This document shows, piece by piece, positions 8,991-18,009 of a DNA stretch of 64,000 nucleotides. Positions within the stretch are counted from its first letter, which is position 1. Each line of letters starts with the position of its first letter. The stretch is from Acidimicrobiales bacterium (GTDB lineage: Bacteria; Actinomycetota; Acidimicrobiia; Acidimicrobiales; SZUA-35): assembly GCA_965216205.1 (NCBI GenBank), contig OZ244139.1, positions 3,705,960-3,769,959 on the forward strand, read 5' to 3'. The position numbers were made by a program, and so were the translations under genes. The notes under the pieces were generated by a model, which was given only the letters and a program-made list of their open reading frames with translations, had not been told where the DNA came from and searched no databases.

Positions 8991-10301
8991 TCAGGACGTC
9001 GGTGCGTCCTGGCCCTGGACGACGACCCGGCTCCGGGACAGTGGCCGGGGAGCTGCGGTTCGGGTGCCGGCGGCCACCTTGCGGGCGGGGGTCGGACGTC
9101 GATCTGGTCCCGACGTCGGCTCCGGTCGCGGGAGCCAGATCGTGACGTCGCCACCGTCGCGGCTGACCACGCCGATCGAGCCGGTGTGGGCTTCCATCAG
9201 GGTCCTGGCGATGGCGAGGCCGAGGCCGGCGCCGCCCGGGGCGCTTCGGGCATCGTCGGCCTGGGTGAACCGCTCGAACGCGCGCTCGACGAACGACTCG
9301 GGGAACCCGGGGCCCTCGTCGAGCACGGCGACACGGACCTCGTCGTCGGTCGATCGATCCTCGATCGTGACCACGCCGCTCTCCGGCGAGAAGCGGATGG
9401 CGTTGTCGAACAGGTTCCGCAGCACTCGACCCAGCGCGCCGTCGTCGCCGACGACCCGGATCGGCCCGTCCAGGTCGCTGATGAACCGGACCCCCTTGGC
9501 AGAGGCGAGCGGCTCGACCGCCTCCACCGCCTCGTCGATGAGTTCGGCCAGGTCGAGGTGCTCGTGGTCGAGGGCGAGGCTGCCCGAGTCGGCCCTGGCC
9601 AGCAGGAACAGGTCACCGACGAGGCGTTCGAGGGCCAGGACGTTGCTGCGGATGGCACAGAGGTGGTCGTCGGGATCGCCGACACCGTCGGACAGTCCGT
9701 CGACCGACACGAGGAGAGACGCGAGCGGTGTCCGCAGATCATGACTGAGCGCGCTGACCACGGCCCGCCGTTCCTCGTCGGCGGCCTCCCGCTCGGTCTC
9801 CGCCCGCGCCAGCGACCGGTTCAGCTCGTCGACCGTTGCGGCCAGGCGACCGATCTCGTCGTCGCGGTCGATCTCGGTCCTCGTCGAGCGGTCACCCCGG
9901 GCAACCGAATCCACGGCCTTTGCGATCACGCCCAGATCACGGGCGATCGGCCGGGCCAGCCGGAGACCTACGACGATCGCGGCCGCGCCGGAGCAGGCGG
10001 CCACGAGCAGGGCGTACCAGATGTCGCGACCCGACAGGGTCATCGCCCCGGTGCCGATCAGGCTCGCCAGGATCGCGAGCGCCGGGCCGATCAGGGCGAG
10101 GGCCGGCACGCCGTAGCGGAGCGGGAGCCGACGCATGACGGGCGGGAGGACCACGGCCGCCACGACCGACACGACGATCACGGCGGTGACGAACAGCGCC
10201 ACCGACGGTCCGTCCTCCATGACCGGCGACGCGGTCGCCGCGACCGATGACAGTGCTCCCGGTGACAGTGCTCCCGATGACAGTGCTGCGGGCGAGATCA
10301 C
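8991..10301 (-). CDS. sensor histidine kinase (TM, HAMP, HisKA, HATPase)
   Basis: It has the H-box LSHDLRTPL and N/G boxes (..NLFDNAIRF.., ..GGAGLGLAI..). The start is uncertain: GTG 10301 or ATG 10220. Confidence 0.85.
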   Translation of the reverse strand: MISPAALSSGALSPGALSSVAATASPVMEDGPSVALFVTAVIVVSVVAAVVLPPVMRRLPLRYGVPALALIGPALAILASLIGTGAMTLSGRDIWYALLVAACSGAAAIVVGLRLARPIARDLGVIAKAVDSVARGDRSTRTEIDRDDEIGRLAATVDELNRSLARAETEREAADEERRAVVSALSHDLRTPLASLLVSVDGLSDGVGDPDDHLCAIRSNVLALERLVGDLFLLARADSGSLALDHEHLDLAELIDEAVEAVEPLASAKGVRFISDLDGPIRVVGDDGALGRVLRNLFDNAIRFSPESGVVTIEDRSTDDEVRVAVLDEGPGFPESFVERAFERFTQADDARSAPGGAGLGLAIARTLMEAHTGSIGVVSRDGGDVTIWLPRPEPTSGPDRRPTPARKVAAGTRTAAPRPLSRSRVVVQGQDAPTS

Positions 10302-10349
10302 CGCGCCATTCTCCCATGGATCGGTGACCGGCTCCGGGCGGCGTCGGTC

Positions 10350-11051
10350 TCAACCATCGAACCGATAGCCGATCCCGTAGACGGTGACGATGTGATCGGG
10401 GGTGCCGGGATCGTCCTCGATTGCTCGACGCAGCCGCCGGACGTGCACCGTCACGGTGCCGGGATCCTGCCACTCCGAGCTGGAGCCCCAGACGTCGCGG
10501 AGCAGATCCTGGCGGCTCATGACCTCCCCGGGGGTCGACGCCAATCGCACGAGCAGGTCGAACTCCTTCGGTCGCAGCTCGATCATCTCGCCCGCCTTCG
10601 TGACCTGGCGCGAGGCGACCTCCACCCGGACGTCGCCGAACTCGATGACAGGCGGGCCGGACGGACGGGACCGTCGCAGCACCGCCCGGACCCGAGCTGC
10701 GATCTCCCGAGGCGAGGCGGGCTTCGCCACGTAGTCGTCGGCGCCGAGCTCGAGACCGGCGACCCGGTCGGGTTCCTCGCCACGGGCACTGAGCAGGATG
10801 ACCGGCACCTCGTCGCCGCCGGCCCGCAGCCGCTGGAGCACCTCGAGGCCGCTCACCTCGGGCAGCATCAGATCCAGCACGACGGCGTCGGGCCGCTTCA
10901 CCCCGAGCTCCACGAGCGCCTGCTTGCCGTCGGCGGCCGAGCGGACCGAGAACCCCTCCCGCTCGAGATACGTGGCCACGACCTCCCGAACGTGCGGCTC
11001 GTCGTCGACGATCAGGACGTCGGGCTTCGGGCCGGCGGACACGCTGGTCAC
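10350..11051 (-). CDS. OmpR-family response regulator
   Basis: The receiver domain reads VLIVDDE...DLMLP...ADDYVAKP and is followed by a winged-helix output (..YGIGYRF). The start is a GTG at 11051 or 11042. Confidence 0.85.
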   Translation of the reverse strand: MTSVSAGPKPDVLIVDDEPHVREVVATYLEREGFSVRSAADGKQALVELGVKRPDAVVLDLMLPEVSGLEVLQRLRAGGDEVPVILLSARGEEPDRVAGLELGADDYVAKPASPREIAARVRAVLRRSRPSGPPVIEFGDVRVEVASRQVTKAGEMIELRPKEFDLLVRLASTPGEVMSRQDLLRDVWGSSSEWQDPGTVTVHVRRLRRAIEDDPGTPDHIVTVYGIGYRFDG

Positions 11052-11241
11052 GGTAGCCGCCGACCCAGGACCGGGTGTCGACCACGATCCGTCGGAGCCA
11101 TCGGAGCGCCGGAGCACGGGCATCATGGCCCCACCGAACCACACCCCCGCTCGGGATCGTCCGGCCGCAGCGAGAGTTCACGACCCGTTAAGGATCGCAA
11201 CGGTGCCCGCCGATGTTCGACGACCAGCGGTGAGGATCGTT

Positions 11242-11778
11242 CTACGGGTTGGACCAGCGGCCGGTCGAACGGAGGTGATCGACGACCAGCGGCAGGGCGA
11301 GCTGGCGGGAGTCTGGGCAGACGTCCCGCCCGTCGAGCCAGCCGTCGATCTCGGCCAGCGGGACACGGTCCACGGCCACCACTTCGCCGTCGTCGAAGTG
11401 GAGGTCACCGTCGTGGATCGCCACGAACACCCGGCCGACGACGCGACCGTCAGCGGCGTCGTAGGCCACGTCGCCGAGGTCGACGAGGTCGACCCCCCGG
11501 ACGCCTGCCTCCTCGGCCAGTTCCCGTCGGGCGGCATCCTCCCAGGCCTCCCCCACCCCGGCGATGCCGCCGAAGGCGAGATCCCAGTACGACGGATAGA
11601 CGTCCTTCCAGTCGGCCCGCTGGTGCACGACCAACTCGCCGGCAGTGGTGGCGACCACGACGTAGGTGCAGCGATGGCGGAGGTTGCCCGCCCGGATCTC
11701 ACCCCGCGTCACGACGTCGATCACGGTGCCGTCGACCTCGACGACCTCGACGAGCTCGGTGGAGGGATCGCCAGGCAC
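11242..11778 (-). CDS. NUDIX hydrolase
   Basis: It carries the Nudix box GGIAGVGEAWEDAARRELAEEAGV. Confidence 0.85.
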   Translation of the reverse strand: MPGDPSTELVEVVEVDGTVIDVVTRGEIRAGNLRHRCTYVVVATTAGELVVHQRADWKDVYPSYWDLAFGGIAGVGEAWEDAARRELAEEAGVRGVDLVDLGDVAYDAADGRVVGRVFVAIHDGDLHFDDGEVVAVDRVPLAEIDGWLDGRDVCPDSRQLALPLVVDHLRSTGRWSNP

Positions 11779-11791
11779 GGCTCGTCGGTCG

Positions 11792-13009
11792 TCAGCTCAG
11801 CGCATCGCGCACCTCGGCCGCCGGTGATCCCGAGGCGATGTGCTGGCGGGCGAGGATGGCTTGACGGGGCCGGTTCCAGCAGAGCGCGCCGGTGACGTTC
11901 CCGTCGTCGTCGAGGTAGATCTGAGCGAACCGGTGCTCCTCGTGCGTGCCCTGCAGCAGTTCGACGTTCGGGGCGGGCACACCGGCGAGCTGGATCTTGC
12001 GGTCGTACTGGTCCGACCAGAACCACGGGACGGGCTCGTAGGGCTCGACGCTCGAACCAGCGGCGTGAGCCAGCAGCCGCTTCGCCCCGTAGCCCCCCAT
12101 CTCGACGGCGTTGTCCCACTGCTCCACCCTCGTGAGCCGACCCCCGAAGCGCCGGTTCGGCCACCGGGCGACGTCACCGACCGCCACCACCCCCGGCGCG
12201 GCGAGGCAGGTCTCGTCGGTCACCACCCCGTCGTCGAGGGTGAGGCCGGCGCCTTCGAGCCACTCGGTGTTCGGGGTCACGCCGATCCCGACGACGGCCA
12301 CCGACGCGTCGATCGTCGTCCCGTCGTCGAGCTCGACCGCCCGGAGGCGGCCGGTGTCGTCGGTGGCGACACCGGCCACACCGGTCCCGAGCCGGACATC
12401 CACGCCGTGGCTTCGATGCAGGTCGGCGATCGCCATCCCGGCCGCTTCGTCGAGGACCCTGGTGAGCGGTGCCGGCGCCGCCTCGATGATGGACACGTCG
12501 AGGCCCCTCGTCCTGGCCGACGCCGCCACCTCGGCCCCGATGAACCCGCAGCCGATCACGACCACCCGGTCGGGGCCCCGCTCGAGGTCGGCCTTGAGGG
12601 CGGTGGCGTCGTCGAGAGTGCGGAGGAGGTGAACGCCGGCGACGGCGGCGCCGGGAAGGGTCCGGGGCCGGGCTCCCGTGGCGATGATCACGCCGTCGGC
12701 CGCGATCTCCCGGCCGTCGTCGAGACTGACCGTGCCGCCGCTCGACCCGTCGGACAGCGCGAACCCGACGGCCGATCGGCCGAGCTCCCAGGTGACACCC
12801 AACTCGTCGGGGTCGGCGGCGGGCCGCAGGCGGAGCTTGGCGTCGTCGTAGGGCCCGACGAGCACCTCCTTCGAGAGCGGGGGCCGGTCATAGGGGTAGT
12901 GGGGCTCATCCCCGATGAGCGTCAGCTCACCGCCGTGGCCCTGGCGACGCAGGGTCTGCGCCGCATGGGTGCCGGCCAGCGACGCGCCGACGATCGCGAT
13001 CCGCTCCAC
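11792..13009 (-). CDS. FAD-dependent ferredoxin reductase (pyridine nucleotide-disulfide oxidoreductase)
   Basis: The N-terminus reads IAIVGASLAGTHAA..YDRPPLSKE, and a second Rossmann motif reads VVVIGCGFIGAE. Confidence 0.85.
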   Translation of the reverse strand: MERIAIVGASLAGTHAAQTLRRQGHGGELTLIGDEPHYPYDRPPLSKEVLVGPYDDAKLRLRPAADPDELGVTWELGRSAVGFALSDGSSGGTVSLDDGREIAADGVIIATGARPRTLPGAAVAGVHLLRTLDDATALKADLERGPDRVVVIGCGFIGAEVAASARTRGLDVSIIEAAPAPLTRVLDEAAGMAIADLHRSHGVDVRLGTGVAGVATDDTGRLRAVELDDGTTIDASVAVVGIGVTPNTEWLEGAGLTLDDGVVTDETCLAAPGVVAVGDVARWPNRRFGGRLTRVEQWDNAVEMGGYGAKRLLAHAAGSSVEPYEPVPWFWSDQYDRKIQLAGVPAPNVELLQGTHEEHRFAQIYLDDDGNVTGALCWNRPRQAILARQHIASGSPAAEVRDALS

Positions 13010-13019
13010 CGGGCGGCGC

Positions 13020-13217
13020 TCAGTCGACGTCTTCGAGCGTGATCGCCTGCTTCGGGCAGCGCTCGACCGCTTCCTTGACCTTCTCGTGCAGCTCGGCCGG
13101 CGGGTTCTCGTTCAGGACGTAGAGGAAGTCGTCGTCGCGGACCTCGAACACCTCTGGTGCGATGGCCATGCACACGGCGTTGCTCTCACACAGATCGAAA
13201 TCGACGACGACTTTCAT
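13020..13217 (-). CDS. small single-cluster ferredoxin (P450-partner type)
   Basis: This 65-aa protein has C..AVC...CP motifs (DLCESNAVCMAIAPEVF...ERCPKQAI). Confidence 0.85.
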   Translation of the reverse strand: MKVVVDFDLCESNAVCMAIAPEVFEVRDDDFLYVLNENPPAELHEKVKEAVERCPKQAITLEDVD

Positions 13218-13302
13218 GGTCCGCTCCGTTCGCTCGGTGGTTCGCCGACCCCCAGGGCGGGTCGCCTCGGCTCGGCGCTGCTCGCCGGTGAGGGTAGTCC
13301 GA

Positions 13303-13992
13303 TCAGACCTCAGCGGCGAGGCGGAGAACCTCGTCCGGATCGAAGAAGCCGCGCCAACCCTGGATCGGCGCGCCCCGCGGGTCGACGAGGATGGCCGTGG
13401 GCTGTCCGGTGATCTCGTAGTAGATCCAGCTCGCGAACGTCTCGTCCCAGATCATGAGCGGGGTCGTCGCCCCCGTGCTGTCGAGGAAGTCCTCGGCCAG
13501 GGCGAGGCTGTCCTGGGCGCCCATGCCGACCACCCGCACCTCGTCGCCGTGCTGCTGAGCGAACTGCTCAACGGCCGGGCCCTCGGCCCGGCAGACGGGT
13601 CAATGCGGCGCCCAGAACCACAGGAGCACGGGCCGGTCGCCACCGCCGAGCTCGTCGGCCAGGTTGAGCGTGGAGCCGTCGGCGATGTCGACCACCTCGA
13701 GATCGGGGAAGAAGTTCTCCACCGGGGCGTCGTCGTCCGCCGAGTCGTCATCCGCCGACGCACCCTCGTCGGACCTGCCGGCCTCAGAGCCGTCAGCGGA
13801 TTCGTCATCGGCCGGTCCACCGTCGGCGGGGGCAGCGACGGTGGACGCGGACTCGGAATCCTGCGCCGTCGCTGCACCGGTGGCTTCGTTCGGCTCGGTG
13901 GCGTCGCTACCGCACGCGGCGGCCGACACGGCCACCGCCACGATGCTTGCGACGAGCCTGCGGCGTGGTCGAGCGCGTAGTATTTCGGGCAT
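13303..13992 (-). CDS. TlpA/ResA-like thioredoxin-fold lipoprotein interrupted by one in-frame TGA (13602..13600) at the first Cys of the CxxC motif: selenoprotein candidate or pseudogene
   Basis: ORFs 13600..13992 and 13303..13539 share one frame. Read through, the product is lipobox AVSAAAC, an acidic linker, ..LLWFWAPH-TGA-PVCRAEGP.., then ..GQPTAILVD.. (cis-Pro loop). Confidence 0.6.
13574..13592 (-). other. SECIS-like hairpin candidate downstream of the in-frame TGA
   Basis: The mRNA reads UGA CCCGUCU GCCGGGCC GAG GGCCCGGC. That is a perfect 8-bp GC stem starting 7 nt after UGA, with a G-initiated apical loop. Confidence 0.4.
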
Positions 13993-14236
13993 GGCGTGTC
14001 CTAACCGACCGGTGGTGCGGCTGATTCCGCCCCGTGGGAAGTCCCTGGGTGGCCGCTCTTGGCAACGTATCGATCCTCGTGTCGTCGCCGTCGCCGTCGA
14101 TCTGAACAAGTCATGAACCCTGTCGCGAGCATCGGGCGGCGACCGGCCGTCGTCCGACAGACTGGTTGAGGAGCCAACGTCGAGGAGACCGACCCATCGG
14201 ACCAGCCGAGAATGGAATCGTCGACCTGCGAACCGG

Positions 14237-15925
14237 ATGGAGAGTGCAGTGACCGCAACCGATGAGCCAACGGGCGAGAGCGCTCCCGCCGTGGAACGGA
14301 CCCGGGGCGATGGGTCCGGTGGTGGCGAACCGACGATCTCGGCGTTCCGCGCCGGGTTCGCCGGTCTCCTGGCCGGCGCCGCGGCCCTCAGCGCCGGCGA
14401 GCTGGTCGCCTCGCTCTTCGCACCGCGGCCGGGCCCGGTGATCGCAGTCGCCAACCGGGTGATCGACTACGCGCCGTCGTGGTTCATCGAGTTCGGCAAG
14501 GCGGTCTTCGGACTGGCCGACAAGCCGGCGCTCGTGCTCGGCACGGTGATCATCGCGCTGATCCTCGCCACCGGCTTCGGCGTGGCCGCCAGGCGCCGGG
14601 CCCGCATCGGTGTCTACGGGATCGGCGGCTTCGGCCTGCTCGGCATGCTCGCCATCGCGGGCGATGCACAGGCCGGCTGGGGCACCGCGATTCCCGTGTC
14701 GGTCATCGCGGTGCTCGCCGGTGTCGTCACCCTGTTCTGGCTCCTGAGGCGAGGCGGTGGCAGCCCGGCAGGCGCGTCGTCACCGGTCGATGGCGCCGAT
14801 CCCGGCGTGTCGGTCGTGACCGACTCGCCGACCGACCCCGCCCTGACCCGGCGGAGCTTCCTGAACGTCGCCGGTGCGGTCGGCGCCTCAGCTGCCATCG
14901 CCGCCGCCGGTGCCAACCTGATCCGGTCGAGGAGCACCGCCAGCGACGCCCGTGACGCGGTGGAGCTCGACTCGCAGTTCGCCGGCACGAACCTGCAGGC
15001 CGATCTGGCGGCGGCCGAGTCGAGCACGGTCGCTGGAACGCCTGGCATCACCCCACTCGTCATTCCCAACGACCGGTTCTACGAGATCGACACCGCCATC
15101 CTGAAGCCGCAGGTCGATCCCGCCAACTGGCAGCTCACGATCGGTGGCATGGTCGAGCGCGAGGTCAGCTACACCTACGACCAGTTGCTCGATCGGGCGA
15201 ACCTGGTCGAGCCGGTCACCCTGTCCTGTGTCTCCAACGAGGTCGGCGGCGACCTCGTCGGCAACGCGATCTGGCAGGGCGTGGCCCTCACGGAACTGCT
15301 CGACGAGGCCGGCGTCCTCGACGGCGCCACCCAGATCGCCAGCCGCTCGGTCGACGGCTGGACCTGTGGCTTCCCCACCGAGCTCGCCTACGACGGGCGG
15401 ACGGCGATGGTTGCGATCGCCATGAACGATGAGCCGCTCCCGGTCAACCACGGTTTCCCCGCCCGGCTCGTCGTCTCCGGGTTGTACGGCTACGTGTCGG
15501 CCACCAAGTGGGTCTCGGAGATCCGGCTGACCACCCTGGAGGCATTCGACGGCTACTGGATCCCGAAGGGCTGGTCGAAGCTGGGACCGGTCAAGACACA
15601 GTCGAGGATCGACACCCCCCGTCTGGGCACGCCGGTCACCGCCGGGGAGGTGGTGCCGATCGCCGGCGTCGCCTGGGCCCCGAACATCGGCATCGAACGG
15701 GTCGAGGTGCAGATCGACTCCGGCGAGTGGCAGGAAGCCGAGCTCGGTGTGTCGCTCGGGAGCAACGCCTGGCGTCAGTGGGTGCTGCCCTGGACCGCCG
15801 AGGAGGGACGCCACGTGATCCGGGTGCGGGCCACCGACGCCAGCGGCTACACCCAGACCTCGGACATCACCCCGCCGGCTCCGAGCGGCGCAACCGGCTG
15901 GCACCAGATCACCGTCACTGCCTGA
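14237..15925 (+). CDS. molybdopterin-dependent oxidoreductase (sulfite-oxidase/MsrP-like fold) with N-terminal multi-TM region
   Basis: After the TM segments comes a Tat-like RRSFLN motif, then ..ITPLVIPNDRFYEID.., ..LSCVSNEVGG.. and a C-terminal Ig-like dimerisation part. Confidence 0.8.
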   Translation: MESAVTATDEPTGESAPAVERTRGDGSGGGEPTISAFRAGFAGLLAGAAALSAGELVASLFAPRPGPVIAVANRVIDYAPSWFIEFGKAVFGLADKPALVLGTVIIALILATGFGVAARRRARIGVYGIGGFGLLGMLAIAGDAQAGWGTAIPVSVIAVLAGVVTLFWLLRRGGGSPAGASSPVDGADPGVSVVTDSPTDPALTRRSFLNVAGAVGASAAIAAAGANLIRSRSTASDARDAVELDSQFAGTNLQADLAAAESSTVAGTPGITPLVIPNDRFYEIDTAILKPQVDPANWQLTIGGMVEREVSYTYDQLLDRANLVEPVTLSCVSNEVGGDLVGNAIWQGVALTELLDEAGVLDGATQIASRSVDGWTCGFPTELAYDGRTAMVAIAMNDEPLPVNHGFPARLVVSGLYGYVSATKWVSEIRLTTLEAFDGYWIPKGWSKLGPVKTQSRIDTPRLGTPVTAGEVVPIAGVAWAPNIGIERVEVQIDSGEWQEAELGVSLGSNAWRQWVLPWTAEEGRHVIRVRATDASGYTQTSDITPPAPSGATGWHQITVTA

Positions 15926-15953
15926 TCCTCGATCGGCCGTCCGACCACACCGC

Positions 15954-17216
15954 TCAGGGCAGGAACGCCGTCGGGTTGGTCGGTGTGCCGTCGTGGCGGA
16001 TCTCGAAGTGGAGGTGGTTGCCGGTGGCGGTTCCCGTGGCACCGACCAGGCCGACGATGTCGCCCCGCTGCACGACCGCGCCCTCCGCTGCGTTGATCTG
16101 GCTCATGTGGGCGTAGAGGCTGCTGAGGCCATCGCCGTGATCGACGATCACGGTCTGCCCGTACCCGCCGCGGTAGCCGGCGAAGATCACCACCCCGTTG
16201 GTTGTGGCGGCGATCGGAGTTCCCCGGGGTGCGCCGATGTCCAACCCGGTGTGGAGCTTCCGGGTGCCGTAGACGGGATGCACCCGATAGCCGTAGGGGC
16301 TGGTGACCGTTCCGTTGATCGGCCACTGGTAGCCGAGCGCCGACGGCTCCCGGGGTAGTGGCGTGGCCGGCGCCGGGGTGGCAGCGGACCCGGAGCGGCC
16401 CTGGTTGATGAGCCGCTGGATGGCCTCGTCCTCGGCGGCATAGGCCGAGAGCTCGCTCTCCCAGCGGGCGATCCGGGCCTGGGCCTCCGAGCGCAATCTG
16501 AGCTGCACGGCCTCCTGCTCGCGGAGCTGCTCGAGCTCGGCCTGGAGCTCGGCCTCGATCGCCGCCGCGTCGCGCTCGGCCTCCTCGGCCTCGAGCTGGG
16601 CCACCCGTCGATCCTCGTAGATGCCCCGCAGGTGTTCCAGGAGGTCGGCGGTCGAGGTGTTCGCCTGCTCGAGCAGTTGGGTCTGGCGAACTGCCCGGTT
16701 CATGTTGCGATCGGTGAAGAACACGCCGGGATCGTCGTCGCCGGTCTTGAACCCTTCGACGGCCTGGGCCAGGAGTTTCTCCTCGATCGACGCCTGCTCC
16801 TCATCCGACGCCGCCAGCTCGACGGATGCGGTCTCCAGCGTGCTGCGGGCGACATCCAACCGGCTGCGCGCGGCGTCGATCTTCGACTGCGTCTCCTGGG
16901 CCGTCTCGTTGATGGCCTGCAACCCGGCGAGGATCTCCTCGTCGGCCGCTCTCGCTTCGTTCAGGTTGCCGGCGGCTGCCGCCCGGCGGCGACGATCCTC
17001 GGCGCTGAGCGTCGTCGGCGTCGCCATGCTCGTCGTGGCCGATTCGTCCTCGACGGTGGTGGAGCTGTCATCGGCCGGTGCCGTCGTCGTGGTCTCGGCC
17101 CCTGACGGGAACACCGACGCAGCGATCGCCAGCGCCACCACGGCCGCGACCAGCGACGGTGCCCGCCCCGATCGTCTCCGATTCCTGATTTCGCTTCGAC
17201 GCGCCGATGCGTCCAC
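15954..17216 (-). CDS. M23 family metallopeptidase with coiled-coil N-terminal region
   Basis: The C-terminus has ..HTGLDIGAPRGTPI..GQTVIVDHGDGLSSLYAHM..GNHLHFEI... GTG 17216 has a GGAG 6 nt upstream. Confidence 0.85.
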   Translation of the reverse strand: MDASARRSEIRNRRRSGRAPSLVAAVVALAIAASVFPSGAETTTTAPADDSSTTVEDESATTSMATPTTLSAEDRRRRAAAAGNLNEARAADEEILAGLQAINETAQETQSKIDAARSRLDVARSTLETASVELAASDEEQASIEEKLLAQAVEGFKTGDDDPGVFFTDRNMNRAVRQTQLLEQANTSTADLLEHLRGIYEDRRVAQLEAEEAERDAAAIEAELQAELEQLREQEAVQLRLRSEAQARIARWESELSAYAAEDEAIQRLINQGRSGSAATPAPATPLPREPSALGYQWPINGTVTSPYGYRVHPVYGTRKLHTGLDIGAPRGTPIAATTNGVVIFAGYRGGYGQTVIVDHGDGLSSLYAHMSQINAAEGAVVQRGDIVGLVGATGTATGNHLHFEIRHDGTPTNPTAFLP

Positions 17217-17419
17217 GCTGCTCCGCCTGAGTTCCGTGTTCGAGGCCGTCTCGGGATCCAACCGGCTACCCCTCCGAAGTGGAACGACACGAGGCCGACA
17301 TCGGACTGTAATGGCTAGCGGCCGAAGATGGAACCTCGCCCGACCAGTAGGGTCGAGCGAGGTCGCGCACCAACGTCCCAACCCCACGTCTCAACGAGCG
17401 CGACGACAGAGGAGCAGCG

Positions 17420-17935
17420 GTGAACGAAGCGGTCGACCCCGAACGCGAGACCCTGGACTGGGCGACCTATGGGCGGGCGGTGAGAGAACTCGCCCAGCAG
17501 GTCGCCGACAGCGGATTCCGCCCCGACATCATCCTCGCGATCGCACGGGGTGGGCTGTTCGCGGCCGGATCGCTCGGCTACGCCCTCTCCGTGAAGAACC
17601 TGTTCGTCATGAACCTGGAGTTCTATACCGGCGTCGGCGAGCGGCTCGATATGCCTGTTGTTCTCCCACCCTATCTGGACAAGCTTGATCTCACAGACGC
17701 ACGAATACTTGTCGTTGATGATGTCGCCGACACCGGGCATACGCTGAAAGTAGTTCATGAATTCTGCCAAGACGTTGTCTCCGAAAGTATGACCGCCGTA
17801 CTCTATGAGAAGTCACACTCGGTGGTGAAGGCGGACTTCGTTTGGAAGCGAACGGACCTCTGGATCAATTTTCCCTGGTCAACCGAGCCTCCAGTGGTGG
17901 AAGAGCCCGGCAAGGAAAGCGTGCGAGAAGCATAA
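17420..17935 (+). CDS. phosphoribosyltransferase (purine PRT-like)
   Basis: It carries the PRPP-binding loop ILVVDDVADTGHT. The 3' half has markedly lower GC (see findings). Confidence 0.8.
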   Translation: MNEAVDPERETLDWATYGRAVRELAQQVADSGFRPDIILAIARGGLFAAGSLGYALSVKNLFVMNLEFYTGVGERLDMPVVLPPYLDKLDLTDARILVVDDVADTGHTLKVVHEFCQDVVSESMTAVLYEKSHSVVKADFVWKRTDLWINFPWSTEPPVVEEPGKESVREA

Positions 17936-18009
17936 GCCGCAACAAGCATGGCCATATAGAGCAAATTCGGGGGATGTTCTTTTAGTCCATTTCATCTATT
18001 GTTGATGGG

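Noticed and set aside
13540-13602. Treating 13303..13539 (MRVVGMGAQ..) and 13600..13992 as two independent small genes, as in the ORF track.
   Set aside because: Each alone would be half of a thioredoxin fold: one has the signal, linker and beta1, and the other lacks the CxxC motif. The 60 nt between them is in frame and encodes the missing PVCRAEGPAVEQFAQQHGDE helix. I therefore merged them into one interrupted gene.
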